This document shows positions 9,333 to 18,930 of a stretch of 64,000 nt of DNA, piece by piece (the stretch's first letter is position 1; every line of letters starts with the position of its first letter). A model generated the notes under the pieces. It had not been told where the DNA came from and ran no database searches. It saw only the letters and a program-made list of their open reading frames with translations. The translations under genes were made by a program, and so were the position numbers. The stretch covers positions 13,509-77,508 of IMG/VR virus record IMGVR_UViG_3300028914_000071; one strand, given 5' to 3'. The DNA comes from a virus (lineage: Duplodnaviria > Caudoviricetes).

Positions 9333-9351
9333 TGGAAATATCTGGTAGGCA

Positions 9352-9380
9352 TTGACTTTCACCTTAACTTGTGTTATAAT
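9352..9380 (+). promoter_or_regulatory. sigmaA-like early promoter
   Basis: TTGACT-17 nt-TATAAT; preceded by the same 18-mer as the promoter at 7083. Confidence 0.85.
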
Positions 9381-9413
9381 ATATATAGAAAATCAAGAAA
9401 GGAAGAAATAAAA

Positions 9414-9644
9414 ATGGTAGAAGAAAGAGTATTTATATTTGATGACTTAGATAACAAGAAATTTTACAAACTCTCGTACCGGGGCATGATTGCAATGATT
9501 TTTGCGGCTGAACAGCTTGGCATTTGGTACAGAGTATCAGAAATAGTTAACGACAAAAAGGTTGAACGTTTCATGAAAGTAAACGGCGAAACCATTGAAA
9601 TGTACGACTCAAACGAAAACTTACTCGCTTCATCCAATGTCTAA
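9414..9644 (+). CDS. hypothetical protein
   Basis: AAAGGA RBS favours ATG 9414. Confidence 0.65.
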   Translation: MVEERVFIFDDLDNKKFYKLSYRGMIAMIFAAEQLGIWYRVSEIVNDKKVERFMKVNGETIEMYDSNENLLASSNV

Positions 9645-9656
9645 GGAGGATTACAA

Positions 9657-9869
9657 ATGAAAGAATTTAAGATAACACTCACCACACCATCAAAGGCTGG
9701 CTTCTCTGATAACTATAAGCCGGACATCACAAAGACCTACTTCATGGGCGGCAACACTCTCCTTAATATCGAAGCTGCAAAACGTAACTTTGCAATGGAA
9801 TTCGGAGTAGATGCAAGTAAAATTAACGTAGTTGATGTGTGGGAAGTAAACGAAAGCGAAAATGATTAA
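9657..9869 (+). CDS. hypothetical protein
   Basis: AAGGAGG RBS. Confidence 0.7.
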   Translation: MKEFKITLTTPSKAGFSDNYKPDITKTYFMGGNTLLNIEAAKRNFAMEFGVDASKINVVDVWEVNESEND

Positions 9870-9881
9870 GGAGGAAAACTT

Positions 9882-10091
9882 ATGTACGTTGTAGAATTTT
9901 TAATTGATGAAACACCAGCAAAATTATTCAATACATTTGATGAAGCAAAGGATGCCGCAATTGGCTATCTTGACGAATATGGATTTGACGTTAACGCATT
10001 TGATATGCTCGATGAAACTGCTGATGACCCGACATTTGAGGGTTTTGCGGTTGAAGATGTTGTTCTTTGTTTCTATGCTGAACTTGCTTAA
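9882..10091 (+). CDS. hypothetical acidic protein
   Basis: AAGGAGG RBS. Confidence 0.7.
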   Translation: MYVVEFLIDETPAKLFNTFDEAKDAAIGYLDEYGFDVNAFDMLDETADDPTFEGFAVEDVVLCFYAELA

Positions 10092-10104
10092 GGGGGGCTA
10101 CTAC

Positions 10105-10326
10105 ATGACACTTGAAAGATTTTTCTATCACAAGATTTGCGGCAAAGGTTCACAGCCAGTTCTCTACGGAAAGAAAGTAGATGAGTTCCCATCAATTGTA
10201 GATGCAAGAAACTTTATCTACGAAACCTACAAAACAAACTATTACATTGATGAATCAGACCCAATGGCTATCTCAATTACATCGTGTGATGGAGTTGCCG
10301 GCATAAGATGTTTCTTCAATATCTGA
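10105..10326 (+). CDS. hypothetical protein
   Basis: AAGGGGG RBS favours ATG 10105. Confidence 0.6.
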   Translation: MTLERFFYHKICGKGSQPVLYGKKVDEFPSIVDARNFIYETYKTNYYIDESDPMAISITSCDGVAGIRCFFNI

Positions 10327-10336
10327 GGTGAGTTGA

Positions 10337-10660
10337 ATGGCACTATTTCCAAACTAGAAAACAATCCAAATTCGCCGCACTCTTCCTCACGAAAACTTCA
10401 TGGTAATAGATAGAACAAACTGGATTATCGCGGCGAAAAGGTTAACTTACTCCGCATTTAAACTATGGATGTTTTTGTGTTCCTATGGAACAAGAGATAT
10501 GGCGATAGGCCCAGCATACATCAAACAATGTATCGGCATTTCGGAGTCCAGTTACCGAGATGCCATGAAAGAACTCGAAAAGTACGAATACATTACCCAA
10601 GTTCAAAAGAGCACATATACCTTTAATGAATTTGGCAGACCAATGGAGGAAGATGAATGA
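10337..10660 (+). CDS. winged-helix DNA-binding protein (replication-initiator-like), TAG read as Gln at codon 7
   Basis: GAGGTG RBS before ATG 10337; in frame with track ORF 10400 through a single TAG (10355-10357); AFKLWMFL..IGISESSYRDAMKELEKYEYI wHTH-like pattern. Confidence 0.65.
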
Positions 10661-11973
10661 TAGAACTTACAGAAAAAGAAAGATTTGAAGAACAGGAAGA
10701 CTATAATGCCCTCAACGAAAAACAGAAGCAGTTTTTTGATATGGCAATGAGCGGCAAGAATATGTTTATTACTGGCCCGGCTGGAACAGGAAAGACATTT
10801 CTTGTAAATCGCATAATCAAAGCATTTGAACGTCGCGGCAAGAGAACAATTGTTTGTGCTACCACTGGTGTTGCGGCAAGAAGTATAGGGGGGTTTACTC
10901 TCCATCACCAGTTTCATCTTTCCGTGACTGATGGCACAGCAACCAAGGACAATGATTGGTTAAAGGATACTGATAGCCTTGTGGTTGACGAAGCGTCTAT
11001 GTTGGACTTCCTCTTATTCAATACAATAGGTAATGAAATTAAGGAGTTCAATCCAAATTGTCAGATTATCCTTATCGGTGACTTCTTCCAGTTGCCGCCT
11101 GTAGTAACTGATGAAACTATTAAGATTGCTGACCATCGCGGCTATTCACCAGAACTTGATAGAAGTCAGTTCCATTGCTTCCACTCACACATCTGGAGAG
11201 ATTTTAACTTCCAGACTTGCACTCTTACACAGGCAATGAGACAGGACGACCAGGCATTTAGTACCGCTCTCTACAATCTTAGCCGCAATACTCTTACATC
11301 AGATGACAAGGCTTATCTTGCACAGTCACAGAAAAATGCTCCTATGAAAGATGCAGTAATCCTTGCTTGTACAAACAAGGTTGTAAACGCTATCAATTCA
11401 CAGGAGCTTGATAAGATTGATTCACCGGAAAAGCTTTACAAGGCTCTTTATTGGGGCGAGTATGACAAGGAAATTCCTCGTATGCTTAAGTTAAAGGTTG
11501 GCGCAAGAGTTATGCTGACAATTAACAACCCAACAGATGGTTATTGTAATGGCGACATGGGACACATTACTCAGTTAAATATTACGGGGGTCAGAGTTAA
11601 GCTGGATAGCGGCGAAGAAGTTGATGTTCCTCAGTATGATTTTAAGACTCAGATTTTTGAAGACGGTGAAACTCAGACAATCGGGGGTATTAAGCAGTTA
11701 CCACTTAAGTTAGCTTGGGCAATCACAGTACACAAATCTCAGGGTCAGACATTCGATAAGGTAAACTTCCTGTACGATAAAGGATTCTTTGATGGCGCGA
11801 ACGAAAACCGTACACTTCTTTACGTTGGTCTTAGCCGAGCACGTAAGATTGAGAATCTTTATCTCAGAATTAAAGGGGGTCTCCCACGCTTTAACAACGA
11901 AGCGGTTGCTGACTTCTACAACGGCAAATTTAAGACATACGAAAGCCGTTTCGACAATTTAATAGGTTTCTAA
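10657..11973 (+). CDS. Pif1-family SF1B DNA helicase
   Basis: Walker A GPAGTGKT, VVDEASM, IGDFFQLPPV, MRQ, QLPLKLAWAITVHKSQGQTFD, YVGLSRAR. Confidence 0.92.
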   Translation: MIELTEKERFEEQEDYNALNEKQKQFFDMAMSGKNMFITGPAGTGKTFLVNRIIKAFERRGKRTIVCATTGVAARSIGGFTLHHQFHLSVTDGTATKDNDWLKDTDSLVVDEASMLDFLLFNTIGNEIKEFNPNCQIILIGDFFQLPPVVTDETIKIADHRGYSPELDRSQFHCFHSHIWRDFNFQTCTLTQAMRQDDQAFSTALYNLSRNTLTSDDKAYLAQSQKNAPMKDAVILACTNKVVNAINSQELDKIDSPEKLYKALYWGEYDKEIPRMLKLKVGARVMLTINNPTDGYCNGDMGHITQLNITGVRVKLDSGEEVDVPQYDFKTQIFEDGETQTIGGIKQLPLKLAWAITVHKSQGQTFDKVNFLYDKGFFDGANENRTLLYVGLSRARKIENLYLRIKGGLPRFNNEAVADFYNGKFKTYESRFDNLIGF

Positions 11974-11974
11974 A

Positions 11975-12005
11975 ATGGCGGCTGGGTAGTACACCTGGCC
12001 GCTAT
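11975..12005 (+). terminator. probable terminator after helicase
   Basis: ATGGCGGCTGGG/CCTGGCCGCTAT hairpin. Confidence 0.6.
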
Positions 12006-12095
12006 TTCTCTATAGGGGCGGTATTCGGGGATTTCGCGGCAAGAAATTTCACTGTGATTTCGCGGCGAAGTAACAGAGAAAGTAAAATAGCACAT

Positions 12096-12169
12096 CCTTT
12101 TATACTATGAGCGAAGCGAATAGTATAAAAGGGGAGGCAGCGTGCGAGTGCGAAGCACGAGTTAGCTGT
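12096..12169. other. two GAA-triloop DNA hairpins with tandem G.A mismatches
   Basis: CCTTTTATACTAT-GA-GC-GAA-GC-GA-ATAGTATAAAAGG (12096-12132) and GCAGC..GA-GTGC-GAA-GCAC-GA..GCTGT (12137-12169). Confidence 0.75.
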
Positions 12170-12835
12170 ATATATTATATATATTGTGCGGGTTAAGTTT
12201 AATTTTGGTAGGGGGTAAGTAGTAGTAGTAAGTAGGGGTAGTAGTAGTAATAGATATATATTATATTGTGCGAGTTAAGTTAGTAGTAATAGTAAAAGTA
12301 TTAGGGTAGTGGTAGTAGAGAGGATTAGAGTAGTAGTGGTAGTATAATTATTATATTATATATAGTGCGAGTTAGTTTAGCTAGTAGTAGTAGTAACGAG
12401 TAAGTAGTAGTAGTATAATTATATATATTATTATTATATATATTATATATTGTGCGAATTGCGTAGTAGTAGTAAGAAAGAAAGGGTAGTAGTAGTAGTA
12501 GTAATAATATAATTATATATAAATAGTGCGAATTGCGTAGCGAATTATGTAGTATTAGAAATCGCGGCGAAAGAAGGAGTAGTAGCAACCTAAACGGCGT
12601 AGCCGCAGAAATATTAGTAGTAGTAGTAGTAGTAAAAACCAACGTGGGTTTACTGTGCAAAACCGTAAAAACACGTTTTCTACCGTTACCCTCCGTATTC
12701 CCGAACGATTTTTGGCGAGTTTTGGAGAGTTAGTAAAAGTTGGATTATTTTTGCTAGCGAGCCCTAGCAGCAACAGGCATAGATAAGTATAATTAATATA
12801 TAATATATATATAGTGCAAATTAAGTTAGAATTGG
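12170..12835. repeat. degenerate repeat tract of (TAG)n runs, AT tracts and GTGCG boxes
   Basis: Multiple TAGTAGTAG runs; AT tract plus GTGCG(A) at 12186, 12268, 12365, 12452, 12526 and a variant at 12814. Confidence 0.85.
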
Positions 12836-13240
12836 TAACGTGGGTTGACTATATTCCAAACCGTATTTCGCCCACATTTTTGGGCAATTTCTTATTTCCT
12901 ACTGTATTCCCAAAATTAAAGAGAATAATTATTCCCATAACCAAACAATCCCTAGTAAATTCCAAATAATTTCCTGGAAATTCTCACAGTAACATTATCT
13001 TTTTCTCTCAAATGGAAAATTTTTCCAGAACTGTAAAATTTTACCGTGGACCTTTTTAGGGTTTTTTTCTAAATGTAGATTTTATGTGCCGCGATTCAAA
13101 TAAAAAATTTCGTGGCGCGAGATTAGCTGTGAAATTTCTATAAAAATAGTCAAAAATTTTACTAATTCAGTCGTTTTTTTTCTCATTTAAAAAGTAGAAT
13201 TCCTTTACCCCTACTCAAAAAATTTTTGTCCGTCTTAGAT

Positions 13241-13460
13241 GTAGCTCCTTTGTAGCTCATATAAGGCGGCTATTTTTATGCCCGGCCGACGCAGCTCCTT
13301 TGCAGCTCCTATAGGGACCCCATAAGCCCGGACCGGGGAGACCCCTACCCCGCCTGCCCGGATGGACGCCGATTTTATGGGGTTGGCGGACGACATAGAT
13401 GCGTGGCTTGGCGGCGCGAAAAAAATGTGGGCGGGATGCAGCTCCTTTGCAGCTCCTATA
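13241..13460. repeat. G(C/T)AGCTCC boxes at the left border of the cassette array
   Basis: GTAGCTCCTTTGTAGCTC at 13241; GCAGCTCCTTTGCAGCTCCTATA near 13291 and 13437. Confidence 0.75.
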
Positions 13461-13657
13461 GAGTACGTAAATACGTGGTGTGGCGGGTGTGTTGGTAGAA
13501 GCATGGAAAAGTGGCAAATTATGGTAGGGTGGATTATTATGGTTGGAATGGAAGATTTTGTTAGAAATGGAAGAATGTGGTAAATTGCCCGGGCAATTCG
13601 CCAAAATTTACCAGTCAGATGGCAAAATAAAACCACTCCCGAAGGAGTGGCAATATT

Positions 13658-13921
13658 TTACATGGTAAGGTCTATTATGTCTTCACCTTCCAAATCATCC
13701 ATGTCAGTAATTTCCTCAACGTCAAAACCGCAATCGTAAAGAAAGTTGTCAAAATCATCATCGGTGTAACCTTCTGAATATTCAACATCTATATACTCTG
13801 CGGCATAGTCATAAAGTCCTTCTGCCATATAAACGCAAACATCATCTTCACTATTTGCTTTAAAGTAGTATATATTGTCACAACCACAATAGCCGCAACT
13901 ATATGTTCCCTTAAAATACAT
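13658..13921 (-). CDS. very acidic protein with CxxC
   Basis: Coupled to the upstream gene; D/E/Y-rich. Confidence 0.75.
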   Translation of the reverse strand: MYFKGTYSCGYCGCDNIYYFKANSEDDVCVYMAEGLYDYAAEYIDVEYSEGYTDDDFDNFLYDCGFDVEEITDMDDLEGEDIIDLTM

Positions 13922-14448
13922 TAGTCCTCATTCCCTTCCTCTTCAATTTCAATACAGAAATCTGATTCCCAAAAACTGAAAGTAAAACAGCCACCTTCTA
14001 CCAAATCCTTACATTTTTCCAGTGCATCTTCAATTTCTTCCGCAACCGCATTGTCAATTTCTGATGCTAAATGACCGCTGTATTCTTCATGGTCATAATC
14101 ATCCTCAATCATATCATACCACGGAAGGTCAAATTCATCTCCATTATCTTTACGTGCGCTAATACCGACATTTTGAATAAACCATTCAACCTTCGTATCA
14201 CGGTCAACCTCTTTGGAAAGTGCCTGTGCTAACTGCCATAAGGTTGTAAAATAGTTGCCGTCATAGGTATAACCGACATAATGTTCAACATCAAAAAATC
14301 TGCCGCTATAAATGTCTTTACCGTTCATAAAAGCAAGTGTAACATCATTTACAAGTTTGTGAGAGAAAACCTTCCTTAATCCTTCATCTAACTTGTCAAG
14401 GTTTGAATAAGTTTCAGCGCTACGGTCATTATAAATTACTTTGTACAT
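13921..14448 (-). CDS. hypothetical acidic protein
   Basis: First gene after a cassette promoter, AAAGGA RBS. Confidence 0.75.
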   Translation of the reverse strand: MYKVIYNDRSAETYSNLDKLDEGLRKVFSHKLVNDVTLAFMNGKDIYSGRFFDVEHYVGYTYDGNYFTTLWQLAQALSKEVDRDTKVEWFIQNVGISARKDNGDEFDLPWYDMIEDDYDHEEYSGHLASEIDNAVAEEIEDALEKCKDLVEGGCFTFSFWESDFCIEIEEEGNED

Positions 14449-14651
14449 AATGGTAATTCCTTTCCGGTTTTTAGAACTTGAACCTGTTCATGTTTTGTTT
14501 TATCTTATGTATATATTATAACATAGAATATAGTGTTTGTCAATAGTTTTTCTAAAAAATTTTTTATGGTATTTAATGGCAAAGTGCCCGGGCGAAAAGG
14601 CAAAAATTACCATTTCTACCATAAAAGGGAACCGCCCCAAAGGGCGGGTAA

Positions 14652-15164
14652 TTAATGGCAAATAATTTTCAAATCGTTATATATTCCTATATCTCCCGAT
14701 GACATTAAGGAAAATTTATACATTACGGAATCAATGTACAAATTAACAAGATTGTCAGAATATTCATAGTTAAAGGTTGCGTGGTCATAATCTCGCTTTA
14801 CTATGGTTCTCCAATTTATTCCAAGTGGATTGTCGTTCATATCCTTGGCATAAGTGGTACTTTCAAACCATTCTATTGCCATTTTAAATGTTAAATCTTG
14901 GTCAGTATAAAAAATTGCGTCCGTTAGTTCATCAAGTTCAAAAAGCTGTTCTTCAATACCTTCTATTTCATATTCTTTTACACAGCGTATAGCAAAGTTA
15001 TCAAATGTTACTGCATGAGGGCGGTTGATGGTGTTTTCGACAATTTGTTTAGCGATTGCCATATCTTTGTTAGTAAGAAGTTCATTTATTCTTACTATTG
15101 CACCTCTTTTGGTATGTATCTTTTCATCCTCTTTTGTTACATAATTGTTAATTGTAAAATACAT
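14652..15164 (-). CDS. hypothetical protein
   Basis: GGAGG RBS favours ATG 15164. Confidence 0.7.
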   Translation of the reverse strand: MYFTINNYVTKEDEKIHTKRGAIVRINELLTNKDMAIAKQIVENTINRPHAVTFDNFAIRCVKEYEIEGIEEQLFELDELTDAIFYTDQDLTFKMAIEWFESTTYAKDMNDNPLGINWRTIVKRDYDHATFNYEYSDNLVNLYIDSVMYKFSLMSSGDIGIYNDLKIICH

Positions 15165-15166
15165 AA

Positions 15167-15538
15167 TTAGTCCTCCCATATTAAGTTGATGTGAAAATCA
15201 TTTATGCCTACTGATGTAATTATCATTTCTTCATGTCTGTTATATGCTCTGTGTAATTCATCTATTAAATAGTTATCAACAAATGCATAAGCTGTATTGT
15301 ATATTTCTTCCGAAAGTACGTGATTTTGATGCATAAGAAGTAAATCACCTAAGCGGAAACTACCAAGTATTTTATCTTCGTTGTTAATTTCTGCGACAAG
15401 ACAAGGCATAGTAGGGGTTAAATAATACCAAGTTGCTATAATTCCTTCAGCATCACACTGACTTAAAATATAACCCACCATTTCTGTCAATGAACCTGTT
15501 TCAAAGTCATCACACTTAAATTTACAATTCTTTACCAT
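15167..15538 (-). CDS. hypothetical protein
   Basis: Cassette leader and AAAGGA RBS. Confidence 0.7.
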   Translation of the reverse strand: MVKNCKFKCDDFETGSLTEMVGYILSQCDAEGIIATWYYLTPTMPCLVAEINNEDKILGSFRLGDLLLMHQNHVLSEEIYNTAYAFVDNYLIDELHRAYNRHEEMIITSVGINDFHINLIWED

Positions 15539-15732
15539 ATGGTTATCCTTTCCGGTTTTTAGGAGTTATCACCTCTCCATCTATGTTTATATTATACCAT
15601 AGTTTATGATGTTTGTCAAGTGTTTTTCTAAAAAATTTTCGCCGCCAAAATATGGTAAACTGCCCGGGCGTTTCGCCAAAATTTTCCAGTTTTGGTATAT
15701 AAAGAAACCGCCCTTTCGGGCGGCATAAATTA

Positions 15733-16125
15733 TCAATAATATCCTTCGAGTTCATCTTCTGACTTTTTGTCTGATATGCATTGACTTATATAATATAAAA
15801 GACAAGAAAAATTACAATTTTCACTATCAATTGTAAATTTAGTGTCCCTTTTCCATTTAATTCCATTTATAAGTGTTATATTATGGAGAATATCCTGTCC
15901 TTTGTCAAGGTCGAACATACCAATATCTCTCAAAATGGCATTTTCTTCCTCTAACTGTTCTATTCGCTTTTCTAATTGAATAGTCTTTTTAAAGAGTGCG
16001 GCAAGAACTTCCATTGTTTCCATTTTCTTACCGCTTTTATCATAAAAGCCTTCTTCCCAAAAACTTTTTCCGAGATATTCCATTTCTTCTGATTCTATCC
16101 AGTCTTCTTCTATTATGCCTTCCAT
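15733..16125 (-). CDS. hypothetical coiled-coil protein
   Basis: GAGGTG RBS favours MEGIIEE start. Confidence 0.65.
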   Translation of the reverse strand: MEGIIEEDWIESEEMEYLGKSFWEEGFYDKSGKKMETMEVLAALFKKTIQLEKRIEQLEEENAILRDIGMFDLDKGQDILHNITLINGIKWKRDTKFTIDSENCNFSCLLYYISQCISDKKSEDELEGYY

Positions 16126-16136
16126 ATTCTCCCACC

Positions 16137-16580
16137 TCACATTCTTAAAATCGCATTGAGTATGTCAAAGATTTCCTTTTCTGAGTATGCACCTTTGCCC
16201 CATTCTTTTCTAATCTCTTCGTTATCGTCAAAGAGTATGCCTTCGCCTAAAGAGTGTTTAGGCGTGCCGTATGGTACAATAAGGATTTCATCCCATTCTA
16301 CAGATGGCATATGTTTCCTGAGCCACTGGAGTTTGGCATCTTTTGTACGTCTGTCAAATTCCGGTGTACTTTCCTTTGAACACCATGAAACGATTTTAAG
16401 AGTGAAATCTAAATCCTTCTGTAACTTATTGAGAAGTTTGGCAAGTCTTGACAGATTGAGCCTTGCCTTCGCATCTTTATAAGGTCGTACAGAATAATTT
16501 CTTAAATCTTCCAGCCAGCCCTCAACTTCATAAAAATTGTTAAGAGTGCCGTCCATGTCAAATACTATTTCTTTTTCCAT
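16137..16580 (-). CDS. HAD-superfamily phosphatase / 5'(3')-nucleotidase-like
   Basis: Motif I IVFDMDGTL and motif IV ILFDDN. Confidence 0.8.
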   Translation of the reverse strand: MEKEIVFDMDGTLNNFYEVEGWLEDLRNYSVRPYKDAKARLNLSRLAKLLNKLQKDLDFTLKIVSWCSKESTPEFDRRTKDAKLQWLRKHMPSVEWDEILIVPYGTPKHSLGEGILFDDNEEIRKEWGKGAYSEKEIFDILNAILRM

Positions 16581-16594
16581 AATTTAGTCCTTTC

Positions 16595-16654
16595 TTAGTC
16601 GATTGCCAAAATTCCGGCAATCATAGTTAAACCTATTAGTATTAAGGCGGTCAT
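16595..16654 (-). CDS. 19-aa hydrophobic micropeptide
   Basis: GGAGGG RBS right after the promoter; MTALILIGLTMIAGILAID. Confidence 0.45.
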   Translation of the reverse strand: MTALILIGLTMIAGILAID

Positions 16655-16836
16655 TTAATCCCTCCCTTACTGTAATTATATTATACCATATTTGCGGGCA
16701 GTTGTCAATAGTTTTTTAAAAATTTTTTCGCCGCGAAAATATGGTAGATATGGAAATTACTGGAAAAGTGCCCGGGCGTTTCGCCAATTTTTACCAATTA
16801 TGGAATATAAGAAAACCGCCCTTTCGGGCGGCGCTT

Positions 16837-16992
16837 TTATTCTTCTTCAAAGTCAGTGTCACTTCGCAACTCATTTAGTTCATGCCGTAAAGATTCTATT
16901 TCTTTTGCCATAAAGTACAAAAGTGTAAACATAGTTTCGGGATTATGCTCTAAGTCATAATAATTTTCAAAAAATTCAAAACGACCATCCAT
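16837..16992 (-). CDS. small acidic protein (51 aa)
   Basis: MDGRFEFFENYYDLEHNPETMFTLLYFMAKEIESLRHELNELRSDTDFEEE; below the track cutoff. Confidence 0.55.
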   Translation of the reverse strand: MDGRFEFFENYYDLEHNPETMFTLLYFMAKEIESLRHELNELRSDTDFEEE

Positions 16993-17045
16993 TTTTCTTT
17001 TCATCCTCTAATTTATCAATTAATTTATTTCTTCTATTCTTCTTA

Positions 17046-17414
17046 TTAACGGTAAAGAACTATAAATTCTTTTGGTGCTAAACCTTTATCAAACAGTCTT
17101 ACTGCCGCAGAAAAAATTTCCTCTTTAATATCAACAACTTTTTCACCATATTCTAACCTTTCGTTACAATAACCCTTATCAATGTAACCTGAGCGGTCAA
17201 TATATGCAAAATCTTCACCATCATCGGAGTTAATAAGAACATTTTCAAGATAATGCCTATCCGTAAAGTGTTCAATACCTTTTTCCTCAAAAAAGTCATC
17301 CCAATCAAATATATTACGAGAATCTACATATTTACCATATCCCATTTCTTCCATTACCATAGATTCCCAATACCATATGCCTATAACGGGATATATTTCA
17401 AATCTTTTATCCAT
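17046..17414 (-). CDS. hypothetical protein
   Basis: GGAGGA RBS. Confidence 0.7.
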   Translation of the reverse strand: MDKRFEIYPVIGIWYWESMVMEEMGYGKYVDSRNIFDWDDFFEEKGIEHFTDRHYLENVLINSDDGEDFAYIDRSGYIDKGYCNERLEYGEKVVDIKEEIFSAAVRLFDKGLAPKEFIVLYR

Positions 17415-17417
17415 AAC

Positions 17418-17657
17418 TTAATCCTCCTTTTTACCACTCTTAAAGAAACTACCAACAACTGCCAAAACAATTGCCCATAATGCCGCCTGTTTCCACGTCC
17501 ATACGGCAATAATTCCCAACTTACAGAGTGACCACATAGCAAGTCCCACCATAAGAACTGTACAACCATAAGTAAGAGCAATGACAACTAAAATAATTAA
17601 GCAACCAATAGCCATTTCTGTTCCAGTCATTTCCTTTTTCTTAAAATCTAATTTCAT
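17418..17657 (-). CDS. small membrane protein
   Basis: Two or three hydrophobic segments; cassette leader. Confidence 0.7.
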   Translation of the reverse strand: MKLDFKKKEMTGTEMAIGCLIILVVIALTYGCTVLMVGLAMWSLCKLGIIAVWTWKQAALWAIVLAVVGSFFKSGKKED

Positions 17658-17771
17658 AGTAAAATCCTTTCCGGTTTTTAAGACTTATAACCTGTCTTTA
17701 TCTTATGTATATATTATAGCACATAATCGCGGCAATGTCAATAGTTATTTTTGTTTTAAATCTTTTATCCA

Positions 17772-17996
17772 TTAAAAATCTTTTCCTTTCTTCCAAAGAA
17801 TTGGCGAACCTAAGCCGGCACTTTGTATCATACAGTTATATTTTTCACTAACTGTATCATAGCAAGGACAATCGCCACAATCTTCCCAAGGACCAAACTT
17901 ACACATTAAATGCAAATTACGTTTTAAAATTTTAATCTGCTCCTGTAATTGTAAAATCGTTTCTGAATTAGCTTTCATAGGCACATCAGTTATCAT
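17772..17996 (-). CDS. small Cys-rich protein
   Basis: C..GPWEDCGDCPC pattern; cassette leader. Confidence 0.65.
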   Translation of the reverse strand: MITDVPMKANSETILQLQEQIKILKRNLHLMCKFGPWEDCGDCPCYDTVSEKYNCMIQSAGLGSPILWKKGKDF

Positions 17997-18204
17997 GGTT
18001 AATTCCTTTCCGGTTTTATAGAGTTATAACCTCTCTTTATCTTATGTATATATTATAACATAGTTTTGCGGTAATGTCAATACCTTTTTAAAAAATTTTT
18101 TCTGCCATTAAATGCCAAAATGCCCGGGCGTTTCGCCAAAATTTTCCAGTTCTACCATAAAAATGGGGGCGGTAGCCTTCTTCCGAAAACTACCGCCTTT
18201 ACCA

Positions 18205-18930
18205 TTAAAATGGCAACCATCTTTGGTATCCAGTTTCTTCCACATATTGCTGGAATTTTTTCCAAGCACAAATGCACGACCATTCCTGTTTTTTACCAGA
18301 TTTGAGAACCCATAACAAAATTTCATATTCTATCATAACATCGGCAAGTCCTGTATGTTCTTCCTCAAAATTGGCATATGCTTCGCCCTTCAAATATCGG
18401 TACACTATTTCAGCACCGTACTTATAATTACCTTTTTCTGACAAATAACCATGACGGTCACAAAATTCCAAATAGGAAGGATTTAACAGTCGAGTCTTTA
18501 CTACTGCCGCCATGATGTCACGAATTTCCAGTCCTAACATTTCATACCTTGCACCAAATAACCTACTAAGTGCGGCATTATCGAAGGCAACGTTATAAGC
18601 ATACATCTTTTTAATGTTGTACTTCTGAATATCAGATGTAAATAATATCCAAAAACTCTCAATGCTTATACATCTGTACTTCCTGTTTTTAGCAGAATTC
18701 TCATAATCCTCTAAAATATCTTTTGTGTTCTTTAAGTGCATTTCTTTACACAGACCAGTTTCGAGGGAATTTAACAGATTCTGCCAAACTGCATAAGGTA
18801 ATGCAATTGACCTTTTTTCGTAAATATTGCCGGCATTATCTGCCACAATATAACCAATATTGTACGGCAGACAAGTGGAATTTCCTTCCACGTCTAATAC
18901 TATAAATTTTTCCTTTTTTCTTCCACGCAT
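18205..18930 (-). CDS. DEDDh 3'-5' exonuclease (DnaQ-like)
   Basis: ExoI IVLDVEG, ExoII YAYNVAFD, ExoIII EEHTGLADV. Confidence 0.85.
   Translation of the reverse strand: MRGRKKEKFIVLDVEGNSTCLPYNIGYIVADNAGNIYEKRSIALPYAVWQNLLNSLETGLCKEMHLKNTKDILEDYENSAKNRKYRCISIESFWILFTSDIQKYNIKKMYAYNVAFDNAALSRLFGARYEMLGLEIRDIMAAVVKTRLLNPSYLEFCDRHGYLSEKGNYKYGAEIVYRYLKGEAYANFEEEHTGLADVMIEYEILLWVLKSGKKQEWSCICAWKKFQQYVEETGYQRWLPF

Noticed and set aside
12170-12835. Track ORFs 12325-12660, 12533-12733, 12555-12773, or a poly-Gln ORF from (TAG)n under code 15
   Set aside because: Low-complexity translations of repeats with no RBS; frequent TAA closes the + frames even with TAG read through.
13235-13636. Three overlapping ORFs in the AGCTCC region
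   Set aside because: No RBS, atypical composition, and they coincide with repeats.
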